Source: Mayamaea pseudoterrestris
Lineage: Eukaryota
Reading direction: 5' to 3'
Length of the DNA: 64,000 nt
Assembly (NCBI GenBank): GCA_027923505.1
Contig: BROI01000014.1
Location: 186,001-250,000, forward strand
How positions within the stretch are numbered: position 1 is the stretch's first letter; the number at the start of each line of letters is the position of its first letter. Below the pieces are notes generated by a model. That model made no database searches. It saw only the letters and a list, made by a program, of their open reading frames with translations, and was not told where the DNA came from. Below are positions 11,037-22,019 of the stretch, piece after piece. The position numbers and the translations under genes were made by a program.

Positions 11037-11492
11037 TCAGTACAAGCTTTCTCGTCGACGGACGGGGCAGTTTGCGTTCAAGGTAGCACGAAAACTATCT
11101 GCTCTGGCGAGTGTCAGCGGTTCTGCAGACCATCGACAAGCCCCTCTTTCAGCGATCAAACTTGCCCCCCTGACCACCAGCCCCAGACTGGAAGCACCAA
11201 CATCATGTCGTCTCCTAACGCTGCTTCTTAAAATTGACTTCTTTCCTGTAGGATCCCTTGGGCGGTGACGAGACATCGTAGACCTTGGATGTGTTGCCTT
11301 ATCATCGTCATCTTCGCTAAAGCTTGACACCCTTCGCCGGATCTTAACCCCGATCCTTCTATGCTGTGGTGGCGTCCCCATGCAGCTGCCACCTTTTGCT
11401 GGAACCAGGGCAGCAGCGTGAAGATGTAGCTTCATTGGAATGCGCTTGTTATCACTTCTCTTCACGTTTGATGGTATTGCGGATGCTTGCAT
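11037..11492 (-). CDS. Small basic hypothetical protein, paralog B
   Basis: 151 aa from ATG at 11492; C-terminal RWSAEPLTLARADSFRATLNANCPVRRRESLY matches paralog A. Confidence 0.6.
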   Translation of the reverse strand: MQASAIPSNVKRSDNKRIPMKLHLHAAALVPAKGGSCMGTPPQHRRIGVKIRRRVSSFSEDDDDKATHPRSTMSRHRPRDPTGKKSILRSSVRRRHDVGASSLGLVVRGASLIAERGACRWSAEPLTLARADSFRATLNANCPVRRRESLY

Positions 11493-12273
11493 TGTATTCT
11501 TTCTCTTGTATCGTCGACGGATCGAATGTGATTTGTGAGCTAAAGCCGCAGATTCCGCAGACGGCATATAATGGAGCGGGCGAATTCGCATCTCGGGGAT
11601 TTAGATATTGCGAAACCCCGACAGTCGGCATTGCAAGGGTCGAAATGACTAAAGCTTGTTTCAATGTCCATCGAAGTACTTTATGATCAATAGTTCTCTC
11701 ACTTGATATAGCCTTTGTCATGCATCGGTCAACTGACATTTTTACATCTTTGTCGAAGAAAACAGGCTATATAATTCTGACGTTTACTTATCAGTGCCCT
11801 TCTGTGGGAAGGCTATGCGAATGATGTATTTGTATTGCCCGATCAAACTGTCGCATCGAATATGTCCGCTTCTGGCGCAGCATTTCGCGTCTGCTAAATT
11901 GATGCTCGTCGACATTGCCAGCTATAGCCAATCACGTTCTATATTAACATGCACTGCATGACCCACTTAGCAAAGGGGCCCCAAACGCACGGATTAATGA
12001 ATGAATGAAAAACGATGGTAAATGATATAGCGAAGGCGTCTGAAAGACGTTCTACTCTGCTTCCAAAGGTTCACCACCTTGAAAATAACGTTTATGAGCG
12101 CAAGGTTATGCCGGTGTATATATATATACCGGTATACCTATGAATAAGCTCCCGCGAGGGCATTATTTTGACGGATTGGCCTAAACACCGGTGCGACGTA
12201 ATCCTTTGTCGCGCCGAGCGACTTTTGGCACTCGACAGTCACACATCATAACGCACAACGCCATCACAGCAAC

Positions 12274-14082
12274 ATGCCGCCTATACCAAACTCATCCAAC
12301 GCAAGCAGCAGTAGCAGCAGCAAACTCTCTTGGCTGACACCAGTCATTGGAAAGATTCTAGTTGTAGAAACGGGCGAGCGATTCGCCTTTTTTGGATTCC
12401 GAGCGATTCTCGTCTTGTACTTTACGAACGCCCTTCGCTACAGTGACTCTCAAGCCATTAGCTACTACAGTTTCACAACTTGCTTGGCGTATCTGAGTCC
12501 CATTATTGGAGCAGTAGTGGCGGATGGGTGGCTTGGAAGGTATCGGACAATTCTGCAGTTTGGGATTGTCTACGTCATCGGGCTGGCCATTCTCGCTCTG
12601 GGTGCGTCGTCTCAAACATTGTTTGACGCATCGCTGTCCGTGGAGCGATTACTGAGCTTCGGAGGCTTGTTTCTGGTATGTCTTGGTACGGGTGGTATCA
12701 AGCCATGCGTTTCGTCATTCGGAGCGGATCAGATTACGCTCGCAAATGATGGGACGAGTAGCAGCAGCGACGAATCGGTCGGCCTTGCGTCTCTAAATGC
12801 CAAGCCCGAGAGCGGAAATCGGCGACAAGGAAATAACAATCTACTAGTAAGCGCCGACGAACTTATTCAAGACGCTCATCTGTCTGTCATTGATCCTCGA
12901 GAAAAGGTCTCGGCGCTGGTCGACGAAGACATAGGCAAGGAGGAGCATGTGCGGCAATTTTTTAGCTGGTTTTACTTTTGCATCAATGTCGGCGCTTTGA
13001 CTTCCATTGCAATTATACCACTCGTCAAGGGAAACTTCGGCTTTGGTCCTGCCTTTTCCATCTCGTTTCTCTTCATGGTGACTGCAATGGTTTTGTTTCT
13101 GTCAAGCCGCAATGAGTACAAGCACATTACAGTCGACAAGGATTCAACGCTGTTGACGACCTTTACCCTATGTTGGTGGTGCATTCGGCAGCAAGTCTGG
13201 TCTATATCTTTCATAGCTCGGACGTTTCCATGGTGCAAACCAGGGCCAGCTAGGACGCTCTTTTCTTCTCAATCAATGTACGCAACGCTGCCCAGCCGCG
13301 ACGAGACCGAACCAGCTGAACAGCAGGAGCAACCACCAGTCGACCAAGACGATGCTGACTGCACGGAGGACGATGCATTGTTTCAACAGCAACTTGCAGA
13401 TGCCGCCCAAGTGGTGCGTATTCTCCCGGTAATGGCAATGTTTCCCATTTTCTGGTGCTTGTACGACCAGCAAGCATCGGTGTGGACCCTTCAAGCGGCT
13501 CGAATGGATCTCATGGGCGTGCTAGAGCCCGAACAAATGACTCTAATCAATCCGCTTGAGATTATGATCTTCATACCATTGTTTGATCAGGTTGTGTATC
13601 CCTTTTTGGTTGCGAGAAACGTCAATATTGATCCGCTCCGCCGCATTTCGTGGGGCATGGGTCTTGCCGCATTGTCATTCGTCGTGAGTAGCTTGGTGGA
13701 GGATGACATCCAGTATCGCCTCAACCACAACCTGCCGCGACTGAACGTCATGTGGCAGCTACCGCAGCTGACAATCTTGAGCATTGGCGAAATATTTCTG
13801 AGCGTTACGTCGCTCGAATTTGCCTACGCCGTGTCTCCTGATCGGCTCAAAACCTTTGTCACGTCTCTGTATCTGCTGACGACAGCAGTTGGAAATCTGA
13901 TTGGCGGCATTCTCTACTCCACCGTCTTTGCCAACATGCCATTGGCGCCAGTCTTGCGGACATGCTCTCTACTCATGTTATTAAATCTGGGGCTTTTCCT
14001 GCTCGTGAAACGAAACTGGGATAGGCAAGGCATGCAGCGTGCGCGACCGCTGGAAGAGCTAGAACTAGAACCAGGCCATTGA
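12274..14082 (+). CDS. NPF/POT (PTR2) proton-coupled oligopeptide/nitrate transporter
   Basis: ETGERFAFFG (ExxER motif), GAVVADGWLGRYRTI, GTGGIKPCVSSFGADQ, FFSWFYFCINVG; about 12 TM segments. Confidence 0.95.
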   Translation: MPPIPNSSNASSSSSSKLSWLTPVIGKILVVETGERFAFFGFRAILVLYFTNALRYSDSQAISYYSFTTCLAYLSPIIGAVVADGWLGRYRTILQFGIVYVIGLAILALGASSQTLFDASLSVERLLSFGGLFLVCLGTGGIKPCVSSFGADQITLANDGTSSSSDESVGLASLNAKPESGNRRQGNNNLLVSADELIQDAHLSVIDPREKVSALVDEDIGKEEHVRQFFSWFYFCINVGALTSIAIIPLVKGNFGFGPAFSISFLFMVTAMVLFLSSRNEYKHITVDKDSTLLTTFTLCWWCIRQQVWSISFIARTFPWCKPGPARTLFSSQSMYATLPSRDETEPAEQQEQPPVDQDDADCTEDDALFQQQLADAAQVVRILPVMAMFPIFWCLYDQQASVWTLQAARMDLMGVLEPEQMTLINPLEIMIFIPLFDQVVYPFLVARNVNIDPLRRISWGMGLAALSFVVSSLVEDDIQYRLNHNLPRLNVMWQLPQLTILSIGEIFLSVTSLEFAYAVSPDRLKTFVTSLYLLTTAVGNLIGGILYSTVFANMPLAPVLRTCSLLMLLNLGLFLLVKRNWDRQGMQRARPLEELELEPGH

Positions 14083-14735
14083 AGCGTGATTGCAGTCAAG
14101 CACATACTTTGTTAGCGAAAGCTGAAATGAGGTCAGGCAAAGTACGTTGCTTATCAAGTGCTCTGCGGTAACTGTCGCCAATGCTAACCACTCCAGCTTT
14201 GTCGCGGCATGAAATCGAGTAGAGGAATGCCATATCTTACAAAACTGAAAGTGGGCACGGAGGGATATAAATTGCTCCGCTCATTTGCATTCGCGGTAAG
14301 GAGTGTTATCATCAAGTATGATGTAGCAATCTGATCGTACTCTTATGGTATGTATCATACGATATTAGCTAACAGCAAACGAGTCATTTACACATGTATT
14401 TTGATAAAGGAAGTCATTTTTTAGTATGCAGGAAACGCACATAAGGGCTTGTAGATAAGGGCTTATGTAAGCATGCTTACGCCACGCCATCACACGATCG
14501 ACGACAAAGTATGATGACTTTGATGACATTTTCCAAAGAACAGTTTGACACTTTTCAGTTCAGATTCACTATGAAAGCCAGGACTCACAATGTCGTTCGT
14601 GCAGCAATTGCCATGCACGATCGACGCCGAGGCCAACAAGTCGCAGTGCGCCGCTATTGCTCGACAAGCGCTATAACAAGCTGCTCCTCTTCTGTTCCGC
14701 TCATCACTTGCAGTGGCACAGTAGCACTATCAAGC

Positions 14736-16004
14736 ATGCAGTTTCGTCTCAATGTTGTAGCAACCTTTCTCTTCTGCTGTGCCCTTGCTTGCAGAGCGAA
14801 TGCGCAGCAGGATCTCTTTCTGTTCACTGGGCAATCCAACATGGTAGGCCACTCTGGAGATTTCGAAAGCGTCGAAAGAAATAACAATCTTCTTCTCGAT
14901 ACCATCGACATATTGACGGATGCTACCATCACCGAAACGAAACGACGAAGCTTGTTGTACGATCGATGTTTCTTAGCAACATCATCGATTCCGTATGCCT
15001 TGAAACCCGAGCTCATGGCCAACGCGCAGGCCGACGGCCTCATGGCGCTCCATGCGCAATCATTGACCCAGGACTTGACAATCGACCTACCAGGAGCTTA
15101 CTGTAGCTTCTTTGAAGTAGGCGGCAAAACTGTACCAAAGCAACTGGTCCAGACAACTGGTTGTGGAGGGCCATATGGCCATGAACTCTTGTTTTCTCAT
15201 CGACTAAAGCAAAGCAACGAGTATTATTCGAACAATGACTTTCACGTGGTCAAGGTTGCAAAAGGTGGAACAAGGATTGACGAATGGATACCCGATGGTG
15301 GCCAGTACTGGAAGAATTTGAATACGGCAATACAGACGACGGAAGGGAATTGGAAGCTCATTGTTTGGCACCAGGGTGAAAACGATGCCGTCGATGATTC
15401 TGTCGAATTGACCTACGACATGTATGCCGAACGCCTTGCGCAACTAATCTCGACTCTTCGTGCCGAAATGTTCTTCAAGTCCCCCGGCTCCTTTCAATGC
15501 TTACAAGAAATTCCAGTCATTATTGTGAAAATCCATTGGCCAGATGTAAATGCCTTTGTAGACAAGAATCGCGCAGTGAGGCAAGCGCAAGCAGACTTTT
15601 GCGCCAAGGATCCGCGGGCCAGGCTTGTCGATCTGGATGGTCTTGACGAATTCTACCACTTGAGCGCGCCGTCGCTCATGATATCGGGCAATCGCATCGC
15701 CGAAGCCTATCTGGATCTGCTCGAGACGGAATACTCGTGCCAAACAGCGTCTCCTTCTAATCCAAGCTCGACAAATACTCCCAAAACAAATTTCCGCCCC
15801 GACTTTTCCAAGACAAAGGCATGGGGACAGAAACTGAGCAGGAAACTTGGATGCGGAGCAACACTTACAGCCATGCATCCCACCTTGCGCAAGTATTTTC
15901 GATCCGACGTCAAGGAGGGCCTCGTGCGATCGCCGCAAGACCGTCGCCAGTGGCATAAAAAGACAAAGAAAGCCTACGAGAAAGTATGTGAGCGCGTCGA
16001 GTAA
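14736..16004 (+). CDS. Secreted SASA/DUF303-type carbohydrate acetylesterase (SGNH)
   Basis: Signal peptide from ATG 14736; LFLFTGQSNMVG, WHQGENDA, DEFYHL; Pro/Ser linker and basic C-terminal tail. Confidence 0.85.
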   Translation: MQFRLNVVATFLFCCALACRANAQQDLFLFTGQSNMVGHSGDFESVERNNNLLLDTIDILTDATITETKRRSLLYDRCFLATSSIPYALKPELMANAQADGLMALHAQSLTQDLTIDLPGAYCSFFEVGGKTVPKQLVQTTGCGGPYGHELLFSHRLKQSNEYYSNNDFHVVKVAKGGTRIDEWIPDGGQYWKNLNTAIQTTEGNWKLIVWHQGENDAVDDSVELTYDMYAERLAQLISTLRAEMFFKSPGSFQCLQEIPVIIVKIHWPDVNAFVDKNRAVRQAQADFCAKDPRARLVDLDGLDEFYHLSAPSLMISGNRIAEAYLDLLETEYSCQTASPSNPSSTNTPKTNFRPDFSKTKAWGQKLSRKLGCGATLTAMHPTLRKYFRSDVKEGLVRSPQDRRQWHKKTKKAYEKVCERVE

Positions 16005-16388
16005 ATTGTCTGGACATTGCATATACCCTAGGCGCAATGCGAGACACGGCGGCGCCACGCCACGGCGACCCTCATGTCGTTTCCCATTGCTTCTAATACT
16101 CCCTATCGCAATGAAGCGACGCAACGGCTTTGTTGTATCTGATCTGAAAATGGTCGTTGATGAATTTGGCGGAGGAATAGTTCTACAACTAACAGTAAAC
16201 GATGTTTCCCTGAGAAGGTGCATACTACTATACTGTCTCGTAAAGCATATTTTTCGGTAGACTGAACGTACTCGTAATCGAGTAGCAACTGCAATGATTG
16301 AGCATATAAGTGTAACGAAGCTAATCAAGTGAGCGTGGTAATGGTGATTGTTCTATAGTCAAATCGAAGCGAATGCATTCTGCATTTC

Positions 16389-16598
16389 TTAGATTAGTTT
16401 ACGGTCCAATCCAGGCGGCAGTGATTGTGTCAGCTTCTCGGCCTTTTCCGCGTCAACAACCTTTAACGTGTACAAGTGGCGACTGCATCGAATCTTGAAC
16501 TTGGTCATGTTGTCACGCTTGCGGATCTTGACAAGCTTGGCATCCGGGCGGCGGGCCTTTTGCAGAAAGTCGCGAATATCGGTAATTTCCTTTGGCAT
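16389..16598 (-). CDS. RPL38: 60S ribosomal protein L38 (eL38)
   Basis: [12 protein letters not shown]...[15 protein letters not shown]...[13 protein letters not shown]. Confidence 0.98.
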   Translation of the reverse strand: MPKEITDIRDFLQKARRPDAKLVKIRKRDNMTKFKIRCSRHLYTLKVVDAEKAEKLTQSLPPGLDRKLI

Positions 16599-17107
16599 TG
16601 TATTATTATTTAGTGATTCAAAATCCTTGAATAATGAACAGAGGAGAGAATGAGTTAGAGACGAGCATTTCAATTTCGGACGAAAATGAGCGTCGACGGG
16701 CCGACTATCATCACAGCGCATGTAACGGATCGCTATATCCAAAGCATCTAAATAAATTCACGACGCAACTCTTAAGCTTGCGTTCGCAGTAATGACTCGT
16801 CGAGTGACTATGGCTTGCATAAACCTTTTGCTTCGCTTAAATGGCCAACAAAATATCACACTCGTGAAGAATGAATTCACGCCCCTGTATCCGCTCGACT
16901 CGCGTTGCAACAGATTAAGTCGTTCAATCCGTTCGTAAATTGTTTCAATTTGCAAGCATCTCCAGCAGCAAGCTACATACCTTGCGTAGTCGTTAATTCA
17001 AGCAATTGATGCTGCAGTTGGTTCGTTTCGACTTGGTCGACGCGCGCGATTCTAGTAAGGCGGTAAGCTGTGCATGACGCTACATGCGTGAATGACTCAT
17101 GCGGGAC

Positions 17108-17115
17108 TGACGTCA
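17108..17115. promoter_or_regulatory. TGACGTCA bZIP/CRE-like palindrome in the RPL38 / plastid reductase divergent promoter
   Basis: Exact CTGACGTCAT; the same 10-mer occurs at 33841 and 36654, also in divergent promoters. Confidence 0.4.
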
Positions 17116-17201
17116 TCATTTTCGACGAGTATTGCGCGACGACGAGATTCCGTCTCACTTGCCTTCCCACATCAAACAATATCGAGTGCGTGAGAATCAT
17201 C

Positions 17202-18167
17202 ATGTGGAACAGTCTCTTGCTGTTTCTTCTGACAAGATCGCTATTATCCTTTGCGTGGGTGCCGGGCTATACTAGTCGAAATTTACTGCATTGTGCGTCC
17301 TCAACCATAGGTGCATGTCGAGCAACAACCACGACATCATCCGTTGGCATGTCGTCGACAGATACTGCTGCAGCAGACGAAACAACTTTAGAATTCGCCG
17401 AAATTATTGGCGGCGGTCGCATTGGAAGTCTACTCGCAAGGGCCGGAAACTGCCGTCTCCTTGGTCGTTCCGACTCGATTGATCCTGATCGTACTGGTGC
17501 GCCCATTTTGGTTGCCACGCGCAACGACGCGCTCCAAAGCATCGTTCAAGCTTGTCCGGAGCATCGGCGCAACGATTTGGTGTTCTTGCAGAATGGTTAC
17601 TTGGACGACTTTTTGGCGAGTCACGGTTTGCAGGACAATACGCAAGTCTTGCTGTACGTCAGTGTGACTGCCAAAGGTGCCGATCCGATTGATGGCGTGA
17701 CGGCCGTCAATCCGGAGGGCCTCACGACGGCAACGGGAAAGCATGCGCAAGCGTTTGCGAATCGCCTAGCAGCCTTGAATTTAAAGTGCAACGTTGTGTC
17801 GGCTGAGGAATACAGGCCCAGCATGTTTGAAAAGCTCATTTGGATTTCGACGTACATGCTTGTTGGCACGGCCAAGGATTGTGCATCGGTTGGTGCGGCT
17901 GGCAAGGATCACAAGGAACTGGTGGGGCAAGTCATCAGGGAACTAGTCAACGCCGTCAGCGCCAAGGAAGGCATTGCATTCGCAGACGGAACCGTGGAAC
18001 GCTTGGCAGCATACACGGATGTGGTAACTGACTTTCCCTGCGCCGTCAAGGAGTTTGAATGGCGAAACGAGTATTTCTACAAGCTAGGTGATGAAGCATG
18101 TCCAACGCATAATAAATTGTTGCGAGAGTGTGCGGATGCTGGCAAGCTAAGTTTCGATTTGTCGTAA
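17202..18167 (+). CDS. Plastid-targeted Rossmann-fold, ketopantoate reductase-like protein
   Basis: Signal peptide plus FA|W cleavage motif and Ser/Thr-rich transit peptide; IIGGGRIG, ILVATRND, LVFLQNG, MFEKLIW. Confidence 0.8.
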   Translation: MWNSLLLFLLTRSLLSFAWVPGYTSRNLLHCASSTIGACRATTTTSSVGMSSTDTAAADETTLEFAEIIGGGRIGSLLARAGNCRLLGRSDSIDPDRTGAPILVATRNDALQSIVQACPEHRRNDLVFLQNGYLDDFLASHGLQDNTQVLLYVSVTAKGADPIDGVTAVNPEGLTTATGKHAQAFANRLAALNLKCNVVSAEEYRPSMFEKLIWISTYMLVGTAKDCASVGAAGKDHKELVGQVIRELVNAVSAKEGIAFADGTVERLAAYTDVVTDFPCAVKEFEWRNEYFYKLGDEACPTHNKLLRECADAGKLSFDLS

Positions 18168-18570
18168 ACCGACGACTGACGCAGGAAAGTTACTGTAACT
18201 TTGATTTGCGACCGACATGCCTAAAGTACCCCTTACTGCGTGCCGTTATTGGATTCTATAGAGCATTAAATGGCCATAATGGATGGTATTGGTCGCTCAA
18301 GAAGGTGGTAAAAAGATGTGCTCATGTGATGATGCGCGAACAAGAATTGTCGCATCGGTTTCTCGCCAAGATCATCTTTCGGAGGAACGAAAGATCTTGC
18401 AAGCATCATCATCATCATCAGCCCCTCTCCCACCTACCGGGTCAGCTTTCGTCTAAACCTTCCGTTTTGCTCGCACTCTACTAGATCTTTTGCCATAAAG
18501 ACCCTCGACAGCAGCAAGTTATCCAGGGGAATTTCATTCAGTCCCGCAGACGACGCCGGCTCATTTCATC

Positions 18571-19671
18571 ATGCGTAAAATCTTTAGTTTATCAGCTATT
18601 GCCATTGCAGTGCTTGCGATTGCAATTAGCCAATTGTGGCAAAAGCCAGTCTCAAAGTGGCACCAAGGAGCAGCATGGGAGCGCTTGTTTACAATCTACG
18701 ATAAAATGGCGGCCGAGCAGTTTCAAGACTGTGATCCGAAACTTGTGGAGACAAGATTCGGTGACACAATGGTACATGCCTGTGGAAACGATGGCAATCC
18801 CCCAGTTCTTTTGTTTCACGGACTTAGCAGCAGTGCGCTTATCTACGGAGACTGGTTGGTTCCGACGCTTAGAGAAAAGTACTATACAGTTTCGGTGGAT
18901 GCTCTTTGTGATGTCACTCGCAGTTTGCCCAAGCTTGGTGATCCAAAGAGCTGCCCGCAGACAACCAAGGAAATGTATGAATGGATGATCGACATCAAGA
19001 CGCAGCTCAAGATCGATAAGCCAGTCTCAGCGATTGGATATAGCTATGGAGCGTTCATGGCGACGCATATGGCCATGGAAGGCCAAAAGCGCCTCGATCA
19101 GTTGCAAAACGAAGCTAGCACTCACTCTGGATCTGCTGAAGCAGATCAAAAACTCACTGGCCTTGCTAACGATCAAATTGACGAGATCATTTTGATTGCA
19201 CCAGCAGCTGTCGTCGCTCCCTTCTCCACTCAATGGCTAGTGCGTGCCATTGCGTTTGGCCTTCTTCGAACAATGTCTGGATCTTTTGCATCGGTAAAGA
19301 CGTGGCTGCGAGATTGGTTCTTTACATACATGATGAGTGACTTCAAAACAGCGCATTTGAATTGGTCGAGTGATCAGCGGGAGCTTCGGGCGGCTCTTGA
19401 TGACGCGGGCCCCGTGCAAGTTGCAGTCCCCGCGTCCGAAGTAGATATGGACAGTTTGAAAGGCTTGGCGCGTCGCCACGACATGCTACTCATCATTGGC
19501 GACAAGGAGACTGTTACGGATCCCACGGTTGCTGTGAGTCGCGCAAAGGAAACTGGGATACATGTTCGCGAGTATAAGGGTGCAGGTCATATGATGTTGG
19601 TCGAGTTTCCTAGGAATCCTATCAAGCTTGATGTGCTCCAGTTTCTTGATGGGAGTTACGCTGACAATTAA
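18571..19671 (+). CDS. Alpha/beta hydrolase (carboxylesterase-like), signal/anchor at N-terminus
   Basis: LLFHG oxyanion motif, GYSYG nucleophile elbow, IIGDKE, GAGHMM. Confidence 0.88.
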   Translation: MRKIFSLSAIAIAVLAIAISQLWQKPVSKWHQGAAWERLFTIYDKMAAEQFQDCDPKLVETRFGDTMVHACGNDGNPPVLLFHGLSSSALIYGDWLVPTLREKYYTVSVDALCDVTRSLPKLGDPKSCPQTTKEMYEWMIDIKTQLKIDKPVSAIGYSYGAFMATHMAMEGQKRLDQLQNEASTHSGSAEADQKLTGLANDQIDEIILIAPAAVVAPFSTQWLVRAIAFGLLRTMSGSFASVKTWLRDWFFTYMMSDFKTAHLNWSSDQRELRAALDDAGPVQVAVPASEVDMDSLKGLARRHDMLLIIGDKETVTDPTVAVSRAKETGIHVREYKGAGHMMLVEFPRNPIKLDVLQFLDGSYADN

Positions 19672-19904
19672 CAAGTAAACTGTAGGCTCCACAAGTCTCA
19701 GATACATTAAAAAGAGACTAATGCTAGACACAAATTCGACGCACATAGCTAACAGTAAGCCAGCGACAATGAATGCGGCATCGTTGCGGTACTCAACGTC
19801 GCGCGTTTTCTTCGATGATCGAAGCTGCCATGAAGATTCGTCAATCCATAACGTCTGCAAAATATTCGTAAGAAAAGTTTCTTTCCCTTGTCTAAAGCTA
19901 CCAG

Positions 19905-20840
19905 ATGTCATTCAATCAAAGCATTTCCGCTGAACGAATTCGCCAAGAAAATGAAGTGACTGCGGGATTTTTCCAAGTGCTTCAAAAACGGGTTGATCAA
20001 ATTGCGAACGGCCAGGGAGCGTCCAAGTTTGAGCTCGACGAACCAGAACGTCAAGTTTTGCTCAGAATCAACAACTCGGGATTGCTCAAAGGAGCTGCTG
20101 CTGGTATTTTGTCCCTTGTCTTTTTGCGGCGCGTTCGAAGTGGTTTGTTGAATCGCGTCATGCTCAAGGTGCAGCAGCAAAAGCAGCAACAAGCTGGTCG
20201 CGGGCCGACTCATGTCGGAAACAGTCCGTTCCAGCCGCCAGTGCAGCCGATTCCGCCATTATCTACAAACACGCCTCTTGAGAATGTGCTGCGCCGACGT
20301 CAGAATCCCTGGTCACTACCCAATGTTTTGGGTTGGTTTTTGGACATTTCCGTCTCCTTCTTTGTCGCTGCCACATCATCAGTTGTCTTTACGGATCGCA
20401 AAATGGTGTTGGAGAGTGTAAGCAACCTGCCCTTGATTGAAGGCAAATCTCGAATCGCGGTCGAGCTGTGTCCAAGCATGGTGGAGCACTACCGAAAGTT
20501 GTTGAAAGAGCATTCACAGGTTTCCGAAATATTGGAGCATCCGCAGACGGACTATTTGAAGGCAATTCGAGCATTCTGCGTCAATTGCCAGCGTCGCAAG
20601 CGACAGGAGGATATGCTGCGACTTACCATGGGTTTGGATGCAACGTCTGATGTATCCATCCCGTCGCCAGGAGTGACGGTGATGGAGGATGATGTCGACT
20701 TGTGGAGGGATCAAGGCGATGATGGTAGTCAAAATCAAGATGATGGCAGCTTTTATGATGTATCGCAAGAAAATGACTCGACTCAATGGGCAGATGACTT
20801 TGTCTTGGATCAAGGGGAGGATGATAACGACCAGCGATAG
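19905..20840 (+). CDS. Hypothetical two-TM protein with conserved-looking Cys motifs and acidic tail
   Basis: 311 aa ORF; two hydrophobic segments, LPLIEGKSRIAVELCP and FCVNCQRR. Confidence 0.7.
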   Translation: MSFNQSISAERIRQENEVTAGFFQVLQKRVDQIANGQGASKFELDEPERQVLLRINNSGLLKGAAAGILSLVFLRRVRSGLLNRVMLKVQQQKQQQAGRGPTHVGNSPFQPPVQPIPPLSTNTPLENVLRRRQNPWSLPNVLGWFLDISVSFFVAATSSVVFTDRKMVLESVSNLPLIEGKSRIAVELCPSMVEHYRKLLKEHSQVSEILEHPQTDYLKAIRAFCVNCQRRKRQEDMLRLTMGLDATSDVSIPSPGVTVMEDDVDLWRDQGDDGSQNQDDGSFYDVSQENDSTQWADDFVLDQGEDDNDQR

Positions 20841-21089
20841 ATAGTTGTATGTTCATGTAGACTTTCAGAGCTTGTATAGTATGAAAAAGATGTGCGCCGT
20901 GGAAAACCAAAGTATTCTGTTTCTTGAAATACCTACCGTAGTTATATGTCATAAATAGCGATGCATGAAACACTTTTTACGAACACGGTGAAGGATGTTG
21001 CTGGTAAGTTTTAGTCAACGACACAACTACCGTGGAAAACATACGAAGATATCTTCAGAGTCAGCATAACATTCATCTCGTGAAAGTTA

Positions 21090-21785
21090 CTAACTGTTAG
21101 TTCGCCTCTCGACGCTTCTGGCCAATATACTGCTCCAAAATGCCAATAGTGCGGCGATGTCCTTTCGCATCAGCGTACCACATCCTCCCCAAACCATACG
21201 ATCAGGTATATCGCGAAAATCATCGCCGACATATTTGACGACATCCATTCCAGCAGCCGAGTAGTATCGCACCAGGCGCTTGTGCAAAAAGTCGTCGTCA
21301 TCAATGGCCAAAAACTCGGCTGATTTGCAACCAGCTTCGCGTCCATGCAGCACGCAGAGATATCCCATGAGTAGACCGACACCAAGACTAGTTCCACCAC
21401 CAGTAAACTGTAAATTGTTCATTCGCTCACGCTTGACAATCTTTCGAAACACTTCCATCTTGTCAAGATGCAAAATATTGCCGCGCGTAAAGCCTTCCAC
21501 GTAGCCAAGAATTTCGGTGCGATTTTTAAGTGATCGTGCCGTCGAGCGAAAGCCTGGACCAAACGTAGTTAGGGTAATTTCGAGTCCTTGGTTGTGTGCG
21601 AATTCGTGTAACTGTTCTTTGGTGAAGAGTTTGACATCCTGCAAGTCCACTTTCGTCAATCGTCGACCGTCAACGGATGACCGTTGTTGCACGCGGCAGC
21701 CATGTTGAATAAAGGCTTGTGAAATATTGACAGTAATTGATAGCAAAAATAGCAGATTTATTAAAGTATAATGAATGCGCTTCAT
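21090..21785 (-). CDS. Plastid-targeted GNAT-like conserved protein
   Basis: Signal peptide plus SQA|F; LHLDKMEV, GVGLLMG, AEFLAIDD, RLVRYY, MVWGGCGTLM. Confidence 0.75.
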   Translation of the reverse strand: MKRIHYTLINLLFLLSITVNISQAFIQHGCRVQQRSSVDGRRLTKVDLQDVKLFTKEQLHEFAHNQGLEITLTTFGPGFRSTARSLKNRTEILGYVEGFTRGNILHLDKMEVFRKIVKRERMNNLQFTGGGTSLGVGLLMGYLCVLHGREAGCKSAEFLAIDDDDFLHKRLVRYYSAAGMDVVKYVGDDFRDIPDRMVWGGCGTLMRKDIAALLAFWSSILARSVERRTNS

Positions 21786-22019
21786 ATCGCCCGGACTGCA
21801 AAGGGCGAGACGACAATGCAACCACTCACAAGATCTGTCATGGTCGTCCGATTGTTGGTGGCAACCGTTCAATCGTGTTTCATCGAGTGTCTGTTCACTC
21901 CGTGCCATAGTATATGTTGATTACGATAATCCTCATGACTCATGAGAACTTGAAATGAGTCATTCAATGCGTCAGTGTTTTTCGCTCATCGACCATGGAC
22001 CATCGCCCTTCATCACAAA

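Noticed and set aside
15501..16328. 275-aa minus-strand ORF and 137-aa overlapping ORF
   Set aside because: Mostly overlap the SASA esterase, have non-ATG starts and no motifs
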